Shown: in pieces, positions 21,036 through 32,547 of the stretch
How the letters are laid out: every line of letters starts with the position of its first letter
How positions within the stretch are numbered: position 1 is the first letter of the stretch
Assembly (NCBI GenBank): GCA_032718475.1
Contig: JAUCBJ010002545.1
Span: 1-34,593 of the forward strand
DNA from: Nemertoderma westbladi
Taxonomy: Eukaryota > Animalia > Xenacoelomorpha
DNA length: 34,593 nt
Direction of reading: 5' to 3'
Made by a program: the position numbers and the translations under genes
The notes under the pieces: model-generated
Told to the model about the DNA's origin: nothing
Database searches by the model: none
What the model saw: the letters and a program-made list of their open reading frames with translations, nothing else

Positions 21036-23850
21036 TGAAACCAATAACCAATACCAATACCAATACCAATAACCGATATTGATATCAATAACCAATATCG
21101 ATACCAATACCAATACCAATATTGATATCAATAACCAATATCGATACCAATACCAATACCAATACCAATACCAATACCAATACCAATACCAATACCAATA
21201 CCAATACCAATACCAATACCAATACCAATACCAATACCAATACCAATACCAATACCAATACCAATACCAATACCAATACCAATACCAATACCAATACCAA
21301 TACCAATACCAATACCAATACCAATACCAATACCAATACCAATACCAATACCAATACCAATACCAATACCAATACCAATACCAATACCAATACCAATACC
21401 AATACCAATACCAATACCAATACCAATACCAATACCAATACCAATACCAATACCAATACCAATACCAATACCAATACCAATACCAATACCAATACCAATA
21501 CCAATACCAATACCAATACCAATACCAATACCAATACCAATACCAATACCAATACCAATACCAATACCAATACCAATACCAATACCAATACCAATACCAA
21601 TACCAATACCAATACCAATACCAATACCAATACCAATACCAATACCAATACCAATACCAATACCAATACCAATACCAATACCAATACCAATACCAATACC
21701 AATACCAATACCAATACCAATACCAATACCAATACCAATACCAATACCAATACCAATACCAATACCAATACCAATACCAATATCAATACCAATACCAATA
21801 TTGATATCAATAACCAATATCGATACCAATACCAATAACCGATATTGATATTGATATCGATATTGAAACCAATAACCAATACCAATACCAATATTGAAAT
21901 CAATAACCAATATCAATACCAATACCAATATTGATATCAATAACCAATATCGATACCAATACCAATAACCGATATTGATATTGATATCGATATTGAAACC
22001 AATAACCAATACCAATACCAATATTGAAATCAATAACCAATATCGATACCAATAACCGATATTGATATTGATATCGATATTGAAACCAATAACCAATACC
22101 AATACCAATATTGAAATCAATAACCAATATCGATACCAATACCAATACCAATAACCGATATTGATATTGTAATCGATATTGAAACCAATAACCAATACCA
22201 ATACCAATACCAATACCAATACCAATACCAATAACCAATACCAATACCAATACCAATATTGATATCAATAACCAATATCGATACCAATACCAATACCAAT
22301 AACCGATATTGATATTGTAATCGATAGTGAAACCAATAACCAATACCAATACCAATACCAATACCAATAACCAATACCAATACCAATACCAATATTGATA
22401 TCAATAACCAATATCGATACCAATACCAATACCAATAACCGATATTGATATTGTAATCTATATTGAAACCAATAACCAATACCAATACCAATACCAATAC
22501 CAATACCAATACCAATACCAATACCAATACCAATACCAATACCAATACCAATACCAATACCAATACCAATACCAATAACCAATATCGATACCAATACCAA
22601 TAACCGATATTGATATTGATATCGATATTGAAACCAATAACCAATACCAATACCAATATTGAAATCAATAACCAATATCGATACCAATACCAATAACCGA
22701 TATTGATATTGATATCGATATTGAAACCAATAACCAATACCAATACCAATATTGAAATCAATAACCAATATCGATACCAATACCAATAACCGATATTGAT
22801 ATTGATATCGATATTGAAACCAATAACCAATACCAATACCAATATTGAAATCAATAACCAATATCGATACCAATACCAATAACCGATATTGATATTGATA
22901 TCGATATTGAAACCAATAACCAATACCAATACCAATATTGAAATCAATAACCAATATCGATACCAATACCAATAACCGATATTGATATTGATATCGATAT
23001 TGAAAACAATAACCAATACCAATACCAATATTGAAATCAATAACCAATATCGATACCAATACCAATACCAATAACCGATATTGATATTGTAATCGATAGT
23101 GAAACCAATAACCAATACCAATACCAATACCAATACCAATAACCAATACCAATACCAATACCAATATTGATATCAATAACCAATATCGATACCAATACCA
23201 ATACCAATAACCGATATTGATATTGTAATCTATATTGAAACCAATAACCAATACCAATACCAATACCAATACCAATACCAATACCAATACCAATACCAAT
23301 ACCAATACCAATACCAATACCAATACCAATACCAATACCAATACCAATAACCAATATCGATACCAATACCAATAACCGATATTGATATTGATATCGATAT
23401 TGAAACCAATAACCAATACCAATACCAATATTGAAATCAATAACCAATATCGATACCAATACCAATAACCGATATTGATATTGATATCGATATTGAAACC
23501 AATAACCAATACCAATACCAATATTGAAATCAATAACCAATATCGATACCAATACCAATAACCGATATTGATATTGATATCGATATTGAAACCAATAACC
23601 AATACCAATACCAATATTGAAATCAATAACCAATATCGATACCAATACCAATAACCGATATTGATATTGATATCGATATTGAAACCAATAACCAATACCA
23701 ATACCAATATTGAAATCAATAACCAATATCGATACCAATACCAATAACCGATATTGATATTGATATCGATATTGAAAACAATAACCAATACCAATACCAA
23801 TATTGAAATCAATAACCAATATCGAAACCAATACCAATACCAATAACCGA
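21036..23850 (+). repeat. (TACCAA)n hexamer array: perfect run 21144-21782, then a derived 93-bp repeat and a 772-bp duplication
   Basis: About 106 uninterrupted hexamers; GAAATC marker at 22661, 22754, 22847 (93-bp period); rare variants recur 772 bp apart (22321/23093, 22451/23223, 23001/23773). Confidence 0.97.
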
Positions 23851-25133
23851 TATTGATATTGTAATCGGCATTGAAACCAATGGCATTGCATAACATAGCA
23901 TATATAATAATAAATTTCGAATAAGGTTATTCTTCATACTGATTCTTAGTTATTGGTATGAATAGATAGATCAATTTACAGTGAATCTAAAGAACTTTAA
24001 ATCAGCATTTTTCATCCACGAGAACCCAAGATACAGCTATCACAATATACCCACGTCCCACACTATGCATTATTATCTTCTAAGAAATAATATCCCTACC
24101 TTCCCCTTATTAATTAATTGTACAATAGGAATAGTGTTTTACACCACCATGCGGCACAGTACGAATTGACTTCGACCGCTAGAGACGCTACAGAATGACG
24201 GCCGGGTGGGGGTATGCCGCTAGAGACAATATTAATTTAAATGCTAAGGACTGGCCCTTACCATGGTATTGCCATAGTTACTCCATGATATTCAATGGAG
24301 CGATATTGCAAAAAAAACATAATGTCAATTCAGCTATGCCCATTGGCTGACTTACACACATGTCAAAACAACACTTTCACAAAAATGTCTCTGATTTTCA
24401 AAAATCTCTTTCAGACATTTCTCGAGAAAGTTATCTACAAAAATTAATAACTTCAATTCCAACACATTTCTGCTGTTAATTAAGTGAAATTATCAAACAT
24501 TTCTTTACGTCCTGTTCCTTGTCCTTTTTTTCACCTAAATAAGGGCTACAAACCGAGAATCACTTTATCATTCAGAATCGCAAAGCAAAATTAAGACGAC
24601 TTCTCATACAGTTACTATATTTTATAGGCTAGCTAAATCCAATCAATTTCATTTATACAATCAAGGTATGCAGTTAGTTCTGTTGTAGGCGTCGCTTATT
24701 CAATACAGGTCCTTCCTATAGAACTATTCAACCAACCAACATCTCAACACCCCATTGTTCTCTGTTGAGCTGTTCTCATATCATCCTAATCAGGCCTACG
24801 TGACCGTAGCGTACTTGTTTCAGTTTGCATTCAGCTTGGTGCTCGCTGTATATATTCAAAGGCAGGGGCCAGTCATCCCATATAATTACTTTATATTGTG
24901 TTGTCAATAACAGTAATACTGCTGTGTTTTTAGGTTGTTAGGTCGCATTATAATAATTAATGGCCATTCCCAATCGATTATATTAAAGTGTTACGGGACC
25001 AAGGACGACGCCATCCATTGTTATTACAGGTAAATTTATTATAATAATCCCGTACATAATAATATTCATTAGTATACGTAGCTAGACTTACTACAATAAT
25101 GGTTTAACTTATTATTTTATTTTATTTACTCAG

Positions 25134-25424
25134 GTTGTTATATCAGATCAGTGTATGTTCGTGGCTCGGGATTTCAACCACTTGGTGCGCCACTACCGGA
25201 AACACACGGGAATCCCACCGTTCGCCTGCCGCATCTGCACAAACTTCTTCCAACTTCTCGATTTAGTCTCAACCGGCAAACTATTCGGCAACCTGGTCTA
25301 TTCGACCTAACCAGTGTAGACGAGGCTACCACGGACTCCAAGGACCGCAGCAGGAAGGGTTTAACCGACGGTGCAAATAAAGCCAGCGAGAAGAGGAGAG
25401 TGAAAACTCTAAATGTGAAGGACA
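25134..25424 (+). pseudogene. Decayed C2H2 zinc-finger exon (unit B)
   Basis: Essentially identical to 12320-12610 (offset 12814) with the same lesions. Confidence 0.7.
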
Positions 25425-25514
25425 ATGATTTATCAATATTTCTGCACTAAATCCATCAAAAATTAATTGTTACCCGATTTCAGGTCAAAATGTCGAAAGA
25501 GACAAGTTGTCGAA

Positions 25515-25672
25515 CTAGCAAATGTCATGGGTGGTAGGGAGATGTGACAGCGCAATTTTGTTGACAAGCCGGCACAGCATTATTATTTATTACATATATA
25601 TTAATAATGCTGTGCCGGCTTGTCAACAAAATTGCGCTGTCACATCTCCCTACCACCCATGACATTTGCTAG
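25515..25672. repeat. Inverted repeat, 71-bp arms with 16-bp spacer
   Basis: 25515-25585 is the reverse complement of 25602-25672 (no mismatch seen); spacer TTTATTACATATATAT. Confidence 0.95.
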
Positions 25673-26040
25673 ATCATCCGCATCTTCAAGGCCGGTGTTT
25701 AGATACGCCTTTAACAGGCGTCACAAGAAAGGCATGAGCTGTCCACCATGTTTATTTATTCGCCAAAGCACAATATTATGCACTGGCTGGTCGTCACGGC
25801 GAAATCAATGTCCTGCAAAGCGGAGGCGGTTTAGGTCAAGTGTCAAGCTAAGGAAGACTAATGGATTTTTCCTCCAATGTTGTATAGCGTCTGATTGGAG
25901 ATGTGTTCATTGTACTTGACACAATGAACCCGGCGCATCATTCTTGTGAAAGTGCCATCCAGAGATTTGGTCTATGCAGTTAGAAGCCAGCATAGACTCC
26001 CATATACGAATACTGCTGCTCTAAAGAGAATCAAACATTT
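25601..26040 (-). pseudogene. 3' end of an RTE-like LINE ORF, decayed, inside MULE copy 3
   Basis: Manual translation: LFRAAVFVYGSLCWLLTA*TKSLDGTFTRMMRRVHCVKYNEHISNQTLYNIG, frameshift, NRLRFAGH*FRRDDQPVHNIVLW...NTGLEDADDLANVMGGREM*QRNFVDK. Resembles the RTE-clade post-RT region (LLYGxExW, LDGxYTRMLRR, RRLRxAGH). Confidence 0.8.
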
Positions 26041-26399
26041 CTTTCTTTCTTTCCTTTAGTCTACAACATTCATTTATTAATTAATTCTTTCGACAATTTG
26101 GCATGTCTGTGTCGAAAGCTTTTTCGATAATTTGACATGGCTGTTCGACAACTTGTCTCTTTCGACATTTTGGCTCTTTCGACATTTTGACCATAAGCCT
26201 TGTTACCCCCGTATTGTATTATAGCAGCGACCTAATTATTTAATAGCTTTAGATACAACCATGACTCTCCCCCGCATTCACATTGTTTTAGCATACAATT
26301 ATTTAGTTACTATGACTACATACATCATTTATAATATAATAATTAAACATTAAACATATTGGGTAATTAATTATCTTGGTTACTGTAGCCAAGACTTAC

Positions 26400-27128
26400 T
26401 ATAATACGACCTGCCAAGCTGCAGCTCAGCCGGGGGGGGGGGGGGGGGGGGGGTTAATAAATTATCGAGAATAATGTAGTTGATTATTTTACAATTTTCT
26501 ATATTAAAATAAAATGTATTTCTGTCTGTCTGTCTGTATGTCTGACTGTGTGGTATGTATATTTGTTGGTCTGTATGTCTGTCTGTTTATCTGTGTGGTA
26601 TGTATATTTGTTGGTCTGTATGTCTGTGTGGTATGTATATTTGTTGATCTGTATGTCTGTCTGTATTGTATGTCTGTGTGGTATGTATATTTGTTGGTCT
26701 GTATGTCTGTCTGTATGTCTGTGTGGTATGTATATTTGTTGGTCTGTATGTCTGTCTGTCCGTCCAGATAAAAGGAAAGTACACAACCTAGCTAAAAGTT
26801 TTGCAATGGGGGCTTTCATGGCCCCTTGGTGATTTCATTTCCGATGTTAGTTTTCACAATTTACGGCATCCAAATTGTCTGTTAGTCTATCCGGTTGCAG
26901 TTTATATTTTGACGGACAGACCGACACAAACAGACATACAGATAGACACGATCGGAACGCCGACATCGGAAATAATATTACCATTTTCCAATTCAAGTGT
27001 TTTCCAATTGGTTTTCTCAACGGTGTCACTTTGTTTAACACAGGAGACTACTGGTTAAGTAAAAACAAAGTCGGAAAGTCGTCCCACTAAATTGATTGGA
27101 CTGCTGCAGCTTGCCAGGTCGTATTATA
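26400..27128. mobile_element. MITE-like 26-bp-TIR element (unit A')
   Basis: TATAATACGACCTGCCAAGCTGCAGC at 26400 pairs with GCTGCAGCTTGCCAGGTCGTATTATA ending 27128 (1 mismatch). Confidence 0.67.
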
Positions 27129-27470
27129 CCAGGTCAATATGTACCACAATTTGTACCGGCAGGTAATTATATTTGGTTAATGCAAATTAGATATAAAAAT
27201 ACATAATTGATAATTATTGATATCTGTATATTTGTGTAGGTATTATTTTCTGCCGATAATTGAATTAAAAGAGAATCAAAGAAATTCTGATATTTTTTAT
27301 GACCAGCCATAAGATACAACCACGATAACTGCATTCTACCTACTCCATTTAGTAGCTCACGTTTTTACACTATCACTCTTACTTAAACAACAACCATTTA
27401 ACTCACATTTCAATCAAATGCTACGAAATTTGGTATGAAGATAGTGCGACACCTTTTCTTACTGCTGGTG

Positions 27471-27671
27471 ACTTTCGTATCCATGGTATCTGGTATCCAT
27501 GATCCCAAGTAGCAGAAGTCATCCACTTGCTCAAGCAATCCGTCCCTAGAGCTTATGCCCTTACGATCAGACATTTATTGAGGACTGTCTAGGTTCACTG
27601 TCCAAAATTTGGTCTTTTTGGAGTTAACAAAAAGACCAATACTAGAAGCAACCTGCTCCAATGAGCAGGGC
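27471..27671 (-). pseudogene. Fragment of RTE-like LINE reverse transcriptase (unit A')
   Basis: Copy of 3289-3489. Confidence 0.72.
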
Positions 27672-28771
27672 GTCCAAACCGTGACAAATCGAAATTACAT
27701 ATTGTCTTTCTATCAACATAACCTGTTAGTAAATGGGCCGTACGGCGCTATGTAATCACAACGGCATCTGATTACGATGCCATTTTATATGAAATCGCTT
27801 TAAAGAGTAACTTCCATTGTGTTTTAATACAATTTGCTTACATATTTATAATGCTGAAATGTGTGGCTTTTAAATGAGCTAAAAATCATTAAATTTCGTT
27901 AATTAGAACGCTAGTTACACTTGTTTTTATAAAGAACAATATTTATTTATCCATTAATTTCACTTTTTTTACGAAATTAATTAATTCATGACTTCACCCC
28001 CCCCCCCCCCCCCCCCCATCCCAGTTGTTGCTGACCAATAAGAACTCAAGGATTGTTATATTGCCGTAGCCCTTCCGCTATAGACGACACAGAGAGTTAA
28101 ACTTATGAAATCATAATAAACAACATTCATTGTGTTGGAGAGATTCATTTACGGTCTGGAATCAATTCAATTACAAGTCGCTTATAAGAAAGTTTGATGT
28201 TCTGGATATGACGACGGCCGTTTAATAAAACTGTTGTAGAGGTTCCGATAATATTTCTAGCTCTTAGTTTTGGGAAGATATTTATAAATTATATTGTGTA
28301 AATTATATAAATTATACACAATATAATAAATATGTTTTAACACTATCAGTTAATACACTATTACTATTAGCTTGTACTAATAATTATTGATCTATATGTA
28401 AAACTGATTTAATAGTTTTATTTTTATTTCAGACTACCATGAAGAAACTCTACACTACTCCGCTAACACTGCACACACTGCATAGAGATGGGATTCTACC
28501 ATGTTGAAATATCAATGTGTATTTGTGATTCGCGATTGATAATATATTAATTAGATCTATGAATTAATTAATTATGGACATAATAATGGTGATTTAACTA
28601 TTTATTTACATGAACTGGTATTAAGTTATATAACTGTGTTTCAAATATTTTGTTTATATCAGTTGACATTACCAATAATTAATTAACAATTCTTATCCAA
28701 ATTATATAACTGAAATTTTTTCAATTCATGTCAAAGACGTTGTGTTTAAACACCAATATTTGGGCATCAAA

Positions 28772-31700
28772 ATCGGGGCATCCAGTAAACTTTTCTGTCT
28801 GCCTATTTGACTGTTCCAAAGTCGCCCGGACGCCCGGACGCCCGGAAGTCCGGGCACAAGCATGCCCGGACGTCCGGAAATCCGGCAAAATGTCTGTATT
28901 TCAGGGCAAATGCTCCAAATGTCTGTCCGGAATACGGCAAATCTGCGGGCGTCCAGTAAACTTTTCTGTCAGCCTATTTGACTGTTCCAAAGTCGCCCGG
29001 ACTTCCGAATGTCCGGGCACTAGTATGCCCGGACGTCCGGAAATCCGGCCAAAATGTCTGTATTTCCGGGCAAACTGTCCAAATGACTGTCCGGAATTCG
29101 GCAAATCTCGGGCGTCCATTAAACTTTTCTGTCAGCCTATTTTACTGTTCCAAAGTCGCCCGGACGTCCGGATGTCCGGGCACAAACATGCCCGGACCTC
29201 CGGAAATCCGGCCAAAATGTCCGGATTTCCGGGCAAAGTTGTCCAAAATACTGTCCGAAAATCTGTAAATCCGGGCGTCCATTAAACTTGTCTGTCCGAC
29301 TATTTGTCCGGCCGTTCCAAAGTCGCCCGGAGGTCCGGGCACTAGGATGCCCGGACGTCCTCGAATCCGGCCAAAATTAATGTATTTCCGGGCAAATTGT
29401 CAAAATGACTGCCCGTAATTTGGCAAATGTGGGCATCCATGAAACTTGTCTGTCCGACTATTTGTCCGTTCAAAAGTCGCCCGGATGCCCGGGCGTTAGA
29501 ATGCCCGGCCAATATCCGGCAAAATGCCCGGATTTCCGGGCAAAATGCCCGGATTTCCGGGCAAAGTTGTCCAAAATACTGTCCGGAATTCTGTAATTCC
29601 GGGCGTCCATTAAACTTGTCTGTCCGACTATTTGTCCGTTCCAAAGTCGCCCGGATGCCCGGGCGTTAGAATGCCCGGAAATCCAAATATCCGGCAAAAT
29701 GCCCGGATTTCCGGGCAAAATGCCCGGATTCCCGGGCAAAATGCCCGGATTTCCGGGTAAAAAATTCCCGGATTTCCGGGCAAAGTTGTCCAAAATACTG
29801 TCCGGAATTCTATAAATCCGGGCGTCCATTACACTGGTCTGTCCGACTATTTGGCCGTTCCAAAGTCGCCCGGATGCCCGGGCGTTAGAATGCCCCGAAT
29901 TCCAAAAATCCGGCAAAATGCCCGGATTTTCGGGCAAAATGCCCGGATTTCCGGGCAAAGTTGTCCAAAATACTGTCAGGAATTCTGTAAATCCGGGCGT
30001 CCATTACACTTGTCTGTCCGACTATTTGTCCGTTCCAAAGTCGCCCGGATGCCCGGGCGTTAGAATGCCCGGAAATCCAAAAATCCGGCAAAATGCCCGG
30101 ATTTCCGGGCAAAATGCCCGGATTTCCGGGCAAGATGCCCGGATTTCCGGGAAAAGTTGTCCAAAATACTGTCCGGAATTCTATAAATCCGGGCGTCCAT
30201 TACACTGGTCTGTCCGACTATTTGGCCGTTCCAAAGTCGCCCCGATGCCCGGGCGTTAGAATGCCCCGAATTCCAAAAATCCGGCAAAATGCCCGGATTT
30301 CCGGGCAAAATGCCCGGATTTCCGGGCAAAGTTGTCCAAAATACTGTCCGAAATTCTGTAAATCCGGGCGTCCATTACACTTGTCTGTCCGACTATTTGT
30401 CCGTTCCAAAGTCGCCCGGATGCCCGGGCGTTAGAATGCCCGGAAATCCAAAACTCCGGCAAAATGCCCGGATTTCCGGGCAAAGTTGTCCAAAATACAG
30501 TCCGGAATTCTGTAAATCCGGGCGTCCATTACACTTGTCTGTCCGACTATTTGTCCGTTCCAAAGTCGCCCGGATGCCCGGGCGTTAGAATGCCCGGAAA
30601 TCCAAAAATCCGGCAAAATGCCCATATTTCCGGGCAAAGTTGTCCAAAATACTGTCCGGAATTCTGTAATTCCGGGCGTCCATTAAACTTGTGTGTCCGA
30701 CTATTTGTCCGTTCCAAAGTCGCCCGGATGCCCGGGCGTTAGAATGCCCGGAAATCCAAATATCCGGCAAAATGCCCGGATTTCCGGGCAAAATGCCCGG
30801 ATTTCCGGGCAAAGTTGTCCAAAATACTGTCCGGAATTCTGTAATTCCGGGCGTCCATTAAACTTGTGTGTCCGACTATTTGTCCGTTCCAAAGTCGCCC
30901 GGATGCCCGGGCGTTAGAATGCCCGGAAATCCAAATATCCGGCAAAATGCCCGGATTTCCGAGCAAAATGCCCGGATTTCCGGGCAAAGTTGTCCAAAAT
31001 ACTGTCCGGAATTCTGTAAATCCGGGCGTCTATTACACTTGTCTGTCCGATTATTTGTCCGTTCAAAAGTCGCCCGGATGCCCGGGCGTTAGAATGCCCG
31101 GAAATCCAAAAATCCGGCAAAATGCCCGTATTTCCGGGCAAAGTTGTCCAAAATACTGTCAGGAATTCTGTAATTCCGGGCGTCCATTAAACTTGTCTGT
31201 CCAACTATTTGTCCGTTCCAATATCGCCCGGATGCCCGGGCGTTAGAATGCCCGGAAATCCAAAAATCCGGCAAAATGCCCGGATTTCCGGGCAAAATGC
31301 CCGGATTTCCGGGCAAAATGCCCGGATTTCCGAGCAAAGTTGTCCAAAATACTGTCCGGAATTCTGTAATTCCGGGCGTCCATTAAACTTGTCTGTCCGA
31401 CTATTTGTCCGTTCCAAAGTCGCCCGGTTGCCCGGGCGTTAGAATGCCCGGAAATCCAAAAATCCGGCAAAATGCCCGGATTTCCGAGCAAAATGCCCGG
31501 ATTTCCGGGCAAAGTTGTCCAAAATACTGTCCGGAATTCTGTAAATCCGGGCGTCCATTAAACTTGTCTGTCCGACTATTTGTCCGTTCCAAAGTCGCCC
31601 GGATGCCCGGGCGTTAGAATGCCCGGAAATCCAAACATCCGGCAAAATGCCCGGATTTCCGGGCAAAATGCCCGGATTTCCGGGCAAACAGCCCCGGATT

Positions 31701-32547
31701 TCCGGGCAAAGTTGTCCAAAATACTGTCCGGAATTCTGTAAATCCGGGCGTAAATTTGACTATTTGTCCGTTCCAAAGTCGCCCGGAAGTCCGGACGCCC
31801 GGACACTGGAATGCCCGGACATCCAAAAATCCGGCCAATTTTCCGGATTTCCGTGCAAATTTCTCCAAAATACTGCCCGGAATTTTGTAAATCCGGGCGT
31901 CCATTAAACTTGTCTGTCCGACTATTTGTCCATTCCAAAGTCGCCCGGACTTCCGGATGTCCGGACTTCCGGGCACTAGGATACCCGGACGTCCGGAAAT
32001 CCGGCCAAAATGTCTGTATTTCCGGGCAAACTGTCCTAATTACTGTCCGGAATTCGGCAAATCTGGGCGTTCTTTAAAATTTTCTGTCCGAAAATTTGAC
32101 CGTTCCAAAGTCGCCCGGATGCCCGGGCACTGGAATGCCCGGACATCCAAAAATCCGGCAAATTGTCCGGATTTCCGGGCAAATTTGTCCAAAATACTGC
32201 CCGGAATTCCGTAAATCCGGGCGTCCATTAAACTTGTCTGTTCGACTATTTGTCCGTTCTAAAGTCGCCCGGAAATCCGGACACCCGGGCACTGGAATGC
32301 CCGGACATCCAAAAATCCGGCAAATTGTCCGGATTTCCGGGCAAATTGTCCGGATTTCCGAGCAAATTTGACCAAAATACTGCCCGAAAATCTGTAAATC
32401 CGGGCGTCCATTAAACTTGTCTGTCCGACTATTTGTCCGTTCCAAAGTCGCCCGGATGTCCGGATGCCCGGGCACTAGAATGCCCGGATGTCCGGATGCC
32501 CGGGCACTAGAATTCCCGGATGCCCGGGCACTAGAATGCCCGGACAT
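28772..32547 (+). repeat. CCGG-rich 154/175/196-bp satellite (unit A')
   Basis: Nearly base-for-base copy of the unit A array from ~29570 onward; the 5' edge is 192 bp shorter. Confidence 0.97.

Larger units (their letters stand above)
13590..25475. repeat. Macro-repeat unit B (~11.9 kb)
   Basis: Same module order as unit A but a longer satellite, a different hexamer and no poly-C block. Confidence 0.93.
25476..26199. mobile_element. MULE copy 3, 724-bp chimeric non-autonomous derivative carrying LINE DNA (Pack-MULE-like)
   Basis: Left TIR at 25476, right TIR ending ...GACCATAAGCC at 26199, TSD TTGTTACCC at 25467-25475 and 26200-26208. 26055-26172 matches 1877-1995 of copy 1. Confidence 0.92.

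Noticed and set aside
21144-21782. Telomeric repeat array
   Set aside because: TTGGTA and TTGTAC do not match the telomere motifs I know (TTAGGG, TTAGGC, TTAGG), and the arrays are internal with shared flanks; a non-canonical telomere cannot be tested from this window.
21079-23896. Poly-YQ/TN/IG/LV ORFs up to 543 aa
   Set aside because: Direct translation of (TACCAA)n and its derivatives.
25620-25919. 99-aa plus-strand ORF inside MULE copy 3
   Set aside because: Antisense to the decayed LINE fragment.
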